Source of the DNA: a virus
Lineage: Duplodnaviria; Caudoviricetes
DNA: 31,510 bases
Strand: one strand, 5' to 3'
IMG/VR virus record: IMGVR_UViG_3300031716_000039
Location: 1-31,510 of that record
The notes under the pieces are model-generated. The model did not search any database. It had not been told where the DNA came from and was given only the letters and a program-made list of their open reading frames with translations. Below, in pieces: positions 8,288-15,642 of this stretch. The position numbers were made by a program, and so were the translations under genes. The stretch's first letter is position 1; every line of letters begins with the position of its first letter.

Positions 8288-8971
8288 CTAGCCCTGGAGA
8301 TTGGGAGAGACGACGGTCGGGGCGGCCGAGAACGCGGCCGGGCGGAGCGTAGCAGGCTGCCAGGGTTGCCAGGAGGGGTCGGCCTCGAGCGTGTATTCGA
8401 CCAGGCCGACGACGTGCGCGGGAACCCAGTCCGCGACGAGGCACTCGAGCGAGGGACCGGAGAGCGAGAAGAGCGAGTCGCCGGCGCCCGAGGTCCCGGC
8501 CCGGAAGAACGCTCCCGTCGCGACCGGCGCGCGCAGCGTGACCGTGTAGAGCCAGCCGCCGTTCGAGAGCAAGTCGCCGGCGTGCGAACCAGCGACGAAG
8601 GCCCGATACTCGACGACCTCGGAGACGATCCCGAGCGACGCGGCGAGGAGTTCGAGCTCGTCCACGGTTGCGCCGCGCACGGCCGTGAGTTTTTGGACGA
8701 CGGCCGCGCGGCGTTCGACGACCGTCTGGGGTTCGCCGGCGGTGCACGCCGAGGGAAGGCCGAGCAGACGTTCGAAGTCGGGGAGCAGTTCGAGCGCCGA
8801 GCGCGGATCGATCTCGACCTGGAGCTGGTCGGCGCGGCGCTCGACCTCGCTCGGTCCGGCGGCGAGGCCCTCGAGCACGGCGCGGAAGACCGAGGTCGTC
8901 GGTCGCGGCCAGGCCTGGCCGGACGGCGCGACCTTGGCGAGCACCGAACCCAGTTCGGCCGCGGAGGTCAT
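8288..8971 (-). CDS. Baseplate wedge protein, Mu gp48/YmfQ (DUF2313) family
   Basis: PSGQAWP, EIDPRSALELLPDFERLLGLP, LECL...PAH; lies directly after baseplate J. Confidence 0.92.
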   Translation of the reverse strand: MTSAAELGSVLAKVAPSGQAWPRPTTSVFRAVLEGLAAGPSEVERRADQLQVEIDPRSALELLPDFERLLGLPSACTAGEPQTVVERRAAVVQKLTAVRGATVDELELLAASLGIVSEVVEYRAFVAGSHAGDLLSNGGWLYTVTLRAPVATGAFFRAGTSGAGDSLFSLSGPSLECLVADWVPAHVVGLVEYTLEADPSWQPWQPATLRPAAFSAAPTVVSPNLQG

Positions 8972-10023
8972 ACGAAGAGCAGAGTCCCGAGGACGGCGAT
9001 GCTCCCGGCGCCGACCGTGACGTCCGCTGCAGGAAGCGAGACGACGTTATCGGTCTCGCCGGCGGCGGTCGAGACGGCCTCGCGGATGTGCGAGAGGAAG
9101 ATCGTCGCGCCAGGCGCGGCCTCGCGATCGAAGAGTTCGGTCAACGCGACCGTGACCGCGGCCCGGACTGCAGCGGTGTCCGGCGTGATCGCGACCGTAA
9201 CATCGACCGTCGCGAGGCCGGGAGCGAAGACCGTCGCCGCGGCGGTCACGGGCCGGCGCGCGTCGATGTAATCTTGAACCTCGGTGATCTTCCCGGCGTC
9301 GGGAATCGGTGCGCCGACGCCGCTCGAGACGAAGAATGTGACGCCGACCGTCCCGGGACCATAGAGCAAGGGGAGCGCCCAGGCGCGAGAGACGCCGCCG
9401 ACCTCGAGCGCCCAGGCTTCGTAGTCCGCGGCCGAGCCGCCGCGCGAGCCAGCGCGCAGGCGCGCGACCAAGCGATCGCGCAGCTCTTCGTCGGTCTCGG
9501 CGTCGCTCCCGGCGAGTATCCCGGGCGCGAGAACCTCGACCTCGAGCGAGATTCCGGCCAAGGCCGGCGAGAGCTGGAGCACGGCGAGGCCGGCCGACGT
9601 GTCGCCGGCGGCGCCAGCGACGACCGCGGCGACGTCAGCCGTCGCGACGCCGGAGCCGATCGTCGCATCGGCGAGCGTCTCGAACTCCGCCGCGTCCGCG
9701 CGGCGCATGCGCGTTCCGCTCGGAACGAGCGCGCCGTTCGTGCCGGTGAACTGGACCTGGCCCTCGGCCTTCTCGGCGATCTTGCGAACCAGGCCGTAGA
9801 GGCCGGCCCAGCGTTCGAGCTCGACGTCGTCGGCGGTGTCGGGGAAGATCTGGCGCGCGAGCCAGGCCAAGTGACCGTGTAGCAAGTGAACCAGGCCGGC
9901 GACCATGCGCGCCAGCGCGCGCAAGATTCCGCGCCGGAGTAGCGCGCCGAGGCCGAGCCGGCCGGCGAGATCGGCCTCGGCCTGGGTCTGGAGCTCGGAG
10001 AGCGTCGGACGGTTGAACGGCAC
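8968..10023 (-). CDS. Baseplate J-like wedge protein (Mu gp47)
   Basis: MPFNRPTLSEL, QIFPDTAD, GSDAETDEELRDR, GGSAADYEAWALEV, GPGTVGV. Confidence 0.95.
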   Translation of the reverse strand: MPFNRPTLSELQTQAEADLAGRLGLGALLRRGILRALARMVAGLVHLLHGHLAWLARQIFPDTADDVELERWAGLYGLVRKIAEKAEGQVQFTGTNGALVPSGTRMRRADAAEFETLADATIGSGVATADVAAVVAGAAGDTSAGLAVLQLSPALAGISLEVEVLAPGILAGSDAETDEELRDRLVARLRAGSRGGSAADYEAWALEVGGVSRAWALPLLYGPGTVGVTFFVSSGVGAPIPDAGKITEVQDYIDARRPVTAAATVFAPGLATVDVTVAITPDTAAVRAAVTVALTELFDREAAPGATIFLSHIREAVSTAAGETDNVVSLPAADVTVGAGSIAVLGTLLFV

Positions 10024-10057
10024 GCCGAGAGCGTAGCGGCGCTCGCGACCTTGTCCT
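10024..10057 (-). promoter_or_regulatory. Putative promoter giving a leaderless gp47 transcript
   Basis: AGGACA-N16-TACGCT with the -10 box 6 nt before the GTG start and no SD; the spacer contains CGCGAGCGCC, also found at 24519..24528. Confidence 0.45.
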
Positions 10058-10526
10058 AGCCCTCGAGGAGGACTTGCATCGCCTGGAAGCGCCGGCGGTC
10101 GCGTGTGATCTCTGCGCAGGCGCCCTCGCGGCCGTCGGCGTGCGCTGAGAAGACGTCGACCAGGTTCGTCAGGATCGCGGCCGGATGGATCGGACGCTCG
10201 CCGAGTTCGGCATCCGAGAGCGGCGAAGGCCAGATTTCGCGCTCCGAACGCGAGCTCCTATTCGCCGGCGGGGTCTTGACGGCGTGCCAGGTGCGGCCTC
10301 GCATGAGGTAGAGGCCGATCCTTTCGAGTTCGAACCCAGGCTCGCCACGGTTCGCGAGGAGGTCGATGTACGGCTCGAGGAGCGCGGCGAGCTTGCGCAG
10401 GAACAGCGCGCGGAAGCGGCGGAGTTCGTCAAGTTCGGCGGCGCCCTGGATCGCGTAGTTTTCCGCGAGGCGCGCGGCCTCGAGAAGATCGGAGACCAGA
10501 GCGGGAGGCGGGACGTGGGGTTTCAC
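10056..10526 (-). CDS. Hypothetical protein (inserted operon)
   Basis: GTG 10526 overlaps the upstream TGA (GTGA); AAGGA RBS; helical, no recognised motif. Confidence 0.65.
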   Translation of the reverse strand: MKPHVPPPALVSDLLEAARLAENYAIQGAAELDELRRFRALFLRKLAALLEPYIDLLANRGEPGFELERIGLYLMRGRTWHAVKTPPANRSSRSEREIWPSPLSDAELGERPIHPAAILTNLVDVFSAHADGREGACAEITRDRRRFQAMQVLLEG

Positions 10527-10843
10527 GTTGGTTCCTTTTGCGCGCGATCGCGCGTTTCGAAGCAGCCGGCGAAGGCGGGGTGTCGTTCCATGAACAGGCG
10601 TGCCGCGAACGGGACGTGGTGGTCGTTCAGCTTCCAAGGCTCGCCAGGGAGGTCGGTCGCGACGCGCGTCTCCCAGCGCATCCGCTCCCAGACCATCCGC
10701 GCGCCGATCTTGCGCGAGCCGTTGCCGAGCGCCTGGAGCGCGAAGCGTTCGAACATCGCGAAGACCTGGGGGGTCTCGCGATGGAACTCGCGCCAGGCCC
10801 GCTCGCGCTCGGCGAGTTCGTCGAAGAGGACGCGCTGGTTCAC
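10523..10843 (-). CDS. Conserved phage hypothetical protein
   Basis: GTG 10843; FHRETPQVFAMF...WERMRWE...KLNDHHVPFAARLFMERHP..F.TR resembles a recurrent phage family of unknown function. Confidence 0.75.
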   Translation of the reverse strand: MNQRVLFDELAERERAWREFHRETPQVFAMFERFALQALGNGSRKIGARMVWERMRWETRVATDLPGEPWKLNDHHVPFAARLFMERHPAFAGCFETRDRAQKEPT

Positions 10844-11427
10844 GTTGGAACCTTCGAAGCGAGTCGCGCGCGCAGTACGTCGACGTGCGCCTGGTAGCGC
10901 GCGATCGCCGGTTTCGAGAGCGCCTTCCCGCGGTCCTCGAGTTCGTGCTCGAACGTCTCGAGCGCGGCCTGGGCCCAGCGTTCGAACGTGACCTCGCCGC
11001 GATCCTTCGCGACCGCGACGACCGCGTTCTCGAGCTGGTTCATTCCGGCCGCCGTGACGTCGTCGTCGAGCCATTCGGAGAGCTTGGAACCTTCGGCGAA
11101 ACGGTAGGTGAAAGCGAACGCGATCGCGCAAGCGAAGAGCCGGCGCCAGGGATCGAGGCGATCGATCCCGCGGTCGAACGTCTCCGGATTGAACAGGCTG
11201 CGTATCCGGTTCGCGTGCGCCGGCCCGCTCCCGCTCATCGCGGCGAAGGTCCGAGCGCAGAACTCAAGCTCGACCCGCATCGCGCGCCGTTGCGCATCGA
11301 GTCGGTCAGCGTTCGTGAGTAGAGCCTTGATCGCGTCGAGTTCCTTCGAAGCGAGCGTGAAGGAACCGTAGTCCGAGGTTCGCGGAGCGCCCAGGACCAG
11401 GTCGAGATAGCGAGTCGAGGTCGTCAT
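10840..11427 (-). CDS. Hypothetical protein (inserted operon)
   Basis: ATG 11427 overlaps the methyltransferase stop (ATGA); helical, no recognised motif. Confidence 0.7.
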   Translation of the reverse strand: MTTSTRYLDLVLGAPRTSDYGSFTLASKELDAIKALLTNADRLDAQRRAMRVELEFCARTFAAMSGSGPAHANRIRSLFNPETFDRGIDRLDPWRRLFACAIAFAFTYRFAEGSKLSEWLDDDVTAAGMNQLENAVVAVAKDRGEVTFERWAQAALETFEHELEDRGKALSKPAIARYQAHVDVLRARLASKVPT

Positions 11428-12600
11428 TTTGGAAGGACCTTCCCGTTCAGGTGGAGGCGAAGCTGGAGACCGCCGATCCGCTCGCGCGCGATCGCGGCAT
11501 ATTCCGGGGACAGTTCGAGGCCGAGGAACCTCCGGCCGTGCTCGACCGCGACGACGCCGGTCGTCCCAGAACCCGCGAACGGATCCAGGACCAGGTCCCC
11601 GGGTTCCGAGCCGGCCAGGATGCACGGCCGGACGAGCGCCTTGGGGAACGTGGCGAAGTGCGCGCCGCGGAACGGTTCGGTCGGGAAGGTCCAGACGCTC
11701 CGCCGGTTGCGAGTCGTGATCGGCTCGACGCCGGAGATCGCCGACGAGAACGACTCGTTCTGCTTCGACCTTCCGGGGACGCGCGCGGAGTTCAGATCGA
11801 CGCGCCGGCGATCGCGCCCTTCGCGCTTGTCCTGAAGCTCGCGCGCCATGCCGTAGGGTTCGTCGGCGATGTCTTCTTCCGCGCGACCGCGCCAGCCAGG
11901 TCCGCGGCCCATCCGAGCCGAGACGTCGGCGTCGACGCGCTTCGCCGCGGCCGAGCCGTTGTTCGCGCCGTAGCGGCCTGTGCGCGCGCGATGCGAGCCG
12001 GGTCCGGTGTCCCAGCCGACCGGAGCTTCCTTCGCCTTGGGATTGACGCCGCCGCCGCGCGGGTGCGCGCCGCCCGTGACCGGCTCGCGGATCGCGTCGC
12101 CGTTGTAGTAATAGTGCCGGGACTTCGCGAAGAGGAAAAGAAACTCATGCGCGCGCGTCGGGCGATCGCGGACGCTCTCCGGCATCGGGTTCTTCTTGTG
12201 CCAGACGGTGTCCGAGCGCAGGACCCAGGCGTCTTCCTGGAGCGCGAACGCGACGCGCCAGGGGAGCCCGACGAGTTGTTTTCGGCGCAGCTTGCCGAAG
12301 TGTCCGCGCGCGACCGTCGTCGACTCGATCAGGCGCTTCCGGCCGTAGAACGTCGAGGTCCGGTCGGCGACGTCGCGATTGCCGGGAGGTTGCGTCGAGT
12401 AACAGTCGCCGAGGTTGAGCCAGAGCGTCCCGTCCTCGCGCAGAGCGCGGTGCACGAGTCGGAAGATCTCGACGACGTTCGCGAGGTAGGCCTCGAGCGT
12501 CGGTTCGAGCCCGAACAGGCCGTCGACCTTGTAGTCGCGCAGGCCCCAGTAGGGCGGCGAGGTCACGACGCAACGGACCGAGCGCGGCGCGACCGGAATG
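11424..12600 (-). CDS. DNA N4-cytosine/N6-adenine methyltransferase (beta class), 5' end frameshifted
   Basis: TSPPYWGLRDY, GTLWLNLGD, WHKKNPMPESVRDRPT, HFATFP, VLDPFAGSGTT. First in-frame start is GTG 12566, but family-like residues GIPVAPRSVRCV continue upstream to about 12600. Confidence 0.9.
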
Positions 12601-12844
12601 CCGGGCGGAAGTAGAGCGCCGAGGTCTCGGTCGCCGTTCGGCGCTTGAAACCGGCTTTCGCGGCCGCCCTGTCCGCAGCGTCGAGCGCGCGCTCGGCCGA
12701 GGAGTAGGTCGCGCGCGAACGCGAACGGACCGCCCTCGCGCCGCCGACGGACGTCTCGAACATCGTCCAGGCCCAGGCGCTCGAACCTTCCGAGGCGGCA
12801 TGGGCGGAGGCCTTGAGTTCGACGATCGAGGCGGGAGCTTTCAC
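12563..12844 (-). CDS. Small hypothetical protein (YegP/DUF1508-like pattern), possibly the N-terminal part of the methyltransferase
   Basis: GTG 12844 overlaps the upstream TGA; WAWTM...TYSSAERALDAA beta-beta-beta-alpha pattern. Confidence 0.55.
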   Translation of the reverse strand: MKAPASIVELKASAHAASEGSSAWAWTMFETSVGGARAVRSRSRATYSSAERALDAADRAAAKAGFKRRTATETSALYFRPAFRSRRARSVAS

Positions 12845-13299
12845 GACTCGCACTCCGGGCAACCCGCGCGGTGGTAGCCGATCCCGGCGCAGCATTCGCA
12901 CGGCGCGCCGAGCGAGACGCCGCAGACGTCGCAGCAAAGGTCGCCGTCGAGATCCGCGCAAAGATCGCCTGCAGCTTCAGCGTGGAGCGTGTTGCGCGCG
13001 TCGCTCGCGCTCTGGCGCGAGGCGTGCGTCCCGCCGATCTGGCGCTTCGTCGCGCGGTCGACGACGAACCACGCCGCCTCGGAATCGGTGCCGCCCGGAA
13101 TGCAGACGACGAGCGGGTCGGTCTTCTGGCGCTCGCCGCGAATCTCTTCCCAGGCTTCGGCCTCGGACGGGTGAACCGAGAGCAGTCCGTCGGCGCAGTT
13201 CAGAACGTGAACGGCGAACCAGATCTCGCCGAAACGGGTGATGAAGGGGCGGACCGTCTTCTGGTCGGCGGGAATCAGGTCGGAGGCGGCGAAGCTCAT
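12841..13299 (-). CDS. Hypothetical protein with two WFxV...HxS repeats and a Cys-rich metal-binding C-terminus
   Basis: ATG 13299 with strong GAGGAG RBS; ends CADLDGDLCCDVCGVSLGAPCECCAGIGYHRAGCPEC. Confidence 0.75.
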   Translation of the reverse strand: MSFAASDLIPADQKTVRPFITRFGEIWFAVHVLNCADGLLSVHPSEAEAWEEIRGERQKTDPLVVCIPGGTDSEAAWFVVDRATKRQIGGTHASRQSASDARNTLHAEAAGDLCADLDGDLCCDVCGVSLGAPCECCAGIGYHRAGCPECES

Positions 13300-13369
13300 C
13301 GGGATCTCCTCGATCCGGTCGGAGGCCGGCCGGGCCTCGCGGGTCGGCGCTCCTCGCGTCGACAGAAGG

Positions 13370-13398
13370 ACTATCGGCGCTCCCGCCGCGTTAGTCAA
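13370..13398 (-). promoter_or_regulatory. Sigma70-like promoter of the inserted operon
   Basis: TTGACT (13398-13393), 17-nt spacer, GATAGT (13375-13370), within the largest and relatively AT-rich intergenic gap; A/T tracts upstream. Confidence 0.65.
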
Positions 13399-13404
13399 TA
13401 CGAA

Positions 13405-13438
13405 ACCAGAAAAAGCGCGCGCGGTCTCTTTTTCCGGT
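13405..13438. promoter_or_regulatory. Inverted repeat (operator, UP element or weak terminator)
   Basis: ACCAGAAAAAG-N12-CTTTTTCCGGT, 10 of 11 positions paired, just upstream of the -35 box. Confidence 0.45.
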
Positions 13439-13516
13439 CTTCCGGGAACCCGATAAGAACCCGCTCCGCCGGCCGGCGTGTTCCGGTTTTGCCGTCTGAT
13501 TTGAGGCCGGCCGGCG

Positions 13517-13990
13517 CTAGCGGTAGAGGATCCGCAGGGTCGAGCCAGAAACCTCGCGCACGGTGAGGCCCAGGCGGACGCTCTCCCACAGTTGAGGCCA
13601 GCGGCGGGCCTTCCCGCGCGTGACGTCGACCTCGACGAAGAGCTTGTCGGGCGGCGAGAGTTCGACGCGCGCGTCGACCGACTCCGCGATCCCGTCCTCG
13701 ATCAGCCAGTCGAGCGCCTCGAGCGCGGCCGCGCGCGCGAGCGCGACGTTCTCGCGCGTCGCCTTGGCGCGTTCGAGCAGCCAGAGCCGCGAGCCCCAGC
13801 GATCGCCCGGAGTCTCGAGCGGCCATCCGCGCGGGTCGTCGTCGGGCGGGACCAGGTCGTCGGGATTGGCGCGCCGGTCGGAGAAGAGCGAGATGAGGAT
13901 CGCGCTCGAGAGACCCTCGTCGATCGCGAGGTCGCCGTTCAAGATCCGAAGGTCCGGGCCTTCGTCGGTGAGATCGAGGAAGACGTCCAT
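13517..13990 (-). CDS. Baseplate protein, Mu gp46 family
   Basis: AILISLFSDRRA, RGW, GSRLWLLERAK, EALDWLIEDG. Confidence 0.95.
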   Translation of the reverse strand: MDVFLDLTDEGPDLRILNGDLAIDEGLSSAILISLFSDRRANPDDLVPPDDDPRGWPLETPGDRWGSRLWLLERAKATRENVALARAAALEALDWLIEDGIAESVDARVELSPPDKLFVEVDVTRGKARRWPQLWESVRLGLTVREVSGSTLRILYR

Positions 13991-13993
13991 CGG

Positions 13994-14533
13994 CTAGACC
14001 ATCGGCTGTGTCGGCGGGTTGGTCTCGCCGGCGGCGCCGCCGTGGTGGTGTGTGTGGAGGTTGAAGATCTGGCGCATTTCGGCCATCGATCCGGCCGGGT
14101 CCGAGACGTCGCCCGCGACGACGACGTCGCCAGAGATCGTAACCGTCCCGGCCGTGATCTCGACCGAGCCGTCGGCCCGGACCGTGATCCGAGCGACGAC
14201 CGAGCCGCCGCTCGTCGAGTAGAGGCCGGCCTCGCCCTCGGCCAGACCTTGCGGGCGCGCGTCACGGTATTCGGTCGCGACCGCGATCGGGTGCGAGCGA
14301 TCGCCGCCCAGGCAGATCACGAGGACCTCGGCGCCTTTCGGCGGCCGCGACACGAACCCGAACTCGCCGAACCGTTCGACGGAGTCCAGCGGCGGCCCGG
14401 CGTCGACGATGATCTGGAGCGTCTGGGCGCGCCGGCCGTCGTTCGAGAGCTGGACGACTCCGCGCGAGGCGAGCGCGCGCACTCGAGCGAAGACCGGCTG
14501 CAGGAGCCGGCGGACCCATTCCGCGGAGTGCAT
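13994..14533 (-). CDS. Baseplate spike, Mu gp45 family
   Basis: Start ATG 14533 (TGATG overlap); FGFVSRPPKGAE, GGDRSHPIAVA, C-terminal HTH (HxH) iron-binding tip. Confidence 0.93.
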   Translation of the reverse strand: MHSAEWVRRLLQPVFARVRALASRGVVQLSNDGRRAQTLQIIVDAGPPLDSVERFGEFGFVSRPPKGAEVLVICLGGDRSHPIAVATEYRDARPQGLAEGEAGLYSTSGGSVVARITVRADGSVEITAGTVTISGDVVVAGDVSDPAGSMAEMRQIFNLHTHHHGGAAGETNPPTQPMV

Positions 14534-15642
14534 CAGGGTTCCTCGTCGAGGTCGACGTCGGGCGAGCTGGAGCCCTTGTCGGCCCAGTCTTTGAACGGGT
14601 CGGACTTGCTCGGCTCGGGCGAGTAGGAGTCGGGCCGGACCAGGCGGAGCTCGGTCGAGGTCCCCTGCTCGTCGCGCGTGAACGCGAGCCCGTCGACGAG
14701 CAGCTTCGCCGAAAAGCCCCAGCGCGGGATCGAGACCGGGACAAGTTCGTTCAAGGCCCAGAGCGGGCCGTTCCATTTCTGGCGCCAGCCGCGGACCTTG
14801 GCGGTCACGCCGGCCGAGCGCGCGCGGCGAACGGTGCGCTCCCAGTTCGCGCGCTCCTGGGCGGTCTGGGGATCGATCGCCGTTTCCGCGACGACGAGCA
14901 GCGTCCGGCTACGGCCGACGTCGTCGTCGATTGCGAAGGCCTGGACGGCCGCGACGTTCGCGCCCCAGCCGGCGTCGGAGCCGCGGTTCTGGCCGCGGAT
15001 CACATAGAGGTTGAATCGGTCGGCGTCGGTCCAGCGCAAGCGGAGGCCGGAGTCGCCCTCTTGAATCGAGCCGACCGAGTCGCGTTGCGCCGGCCGCTCG
15101 ATCCGGAGCGTCCCGTCGGCGGTCGGATAGCAGAGCTGCCCGCCCAAGCGCGCGATCCGCTCTAGCGCGGCCCAGGCCGTGTCGCCCTGGTTCGTGACGA
15201 AACGCGGGATCAGGTCGCCGCGGACCGCCTGGCCGACGTCGACCTCGACGCCGTAGGGTTCCGAGAGCGCCTTCGCGATGTCGTCGAGGTAGACGTTCTG
15301 CAGTTGCCCCATGTTGTAGGGGACCGAGCAGTCGACGAGGTCGCAGGTCTTGTCGCGCCCGCCGATCGTGCAGGAGTGACCGCTCTCGGAAAGCTCCAGC
15401 TCGACGTCGTCGACGAACCCGCGCGCCGCGACCAGGCCGCCCAGGCGAACGACCGCGCGCGCGCCGGCGTGGCCGGGGAAGGGATGCGAGAGCGAGGCCG
15501 AGATCTCGAACGTGCCGCAGGCGGAGTTCATTTCGCGCGAGAGCCGGATCGACTCCCAGCCGCGGAAGGTCGTCCCGTCGAGCTCGACCTCGATCTCGTC
15601 GAAGACGACGCCGGCCTGGTCGATCGTGCTCGTCGGTTTCAA
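14533..15642 (-). CDS. Baseplate hub, Mu gpP/gp44 family
   Basis: FRGWESIRLSR, GRDKTCDLVDCS, RANWE...RRARS, VRGWRQ...LWALN. Confidence 0.93.
   Translation of the reverse strand: MKPTSTIDQAGVVFDEIEVELDGTTFRGWESIRLSREMNSACGTFEISASLSHPFPGHAGARAVVRLGGLVAARGFVDDVELELSESGHSCTIGGRDKTCDLVDCSVPYNMGQLQNVYLDDIAKALSEPYGVEVDVGQAVRGDLIPRFVTNQGDTAWAALERIARLGGQLCYPTADGTLRIERPAQRDSVGSIQEGDSGLRLRWTDADRFNLYVIRGQNRGSDAGWGANVAAVQAFAIDDDVGRSRTLLVVAETAIDPQTAQERANWERTVRRARSAGVTAKVRGWRQKWNGPLWALNELVPVSIPRWGFSAKLLVDGLAFTRDEQGTSTELRLVRPDSYSPEPSKSDPFKDWADKGSSSPDVDLDEEP

Noticed and set aside
3980-11096. GAAGGTTCCAA also inside coding sequence at about 3980 (plus) and about 11084-11094 (minus)
   Set aside because: Intragenic, mixed orientation and no recombinase; probably chance matches to the junction motif.
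13300-13516. CRISPR mini-array or ncRNA in the large intergenic gap
   Set aside because: The repeats are 10-12 bp and irregularly spaced; no recognisable RNA family.
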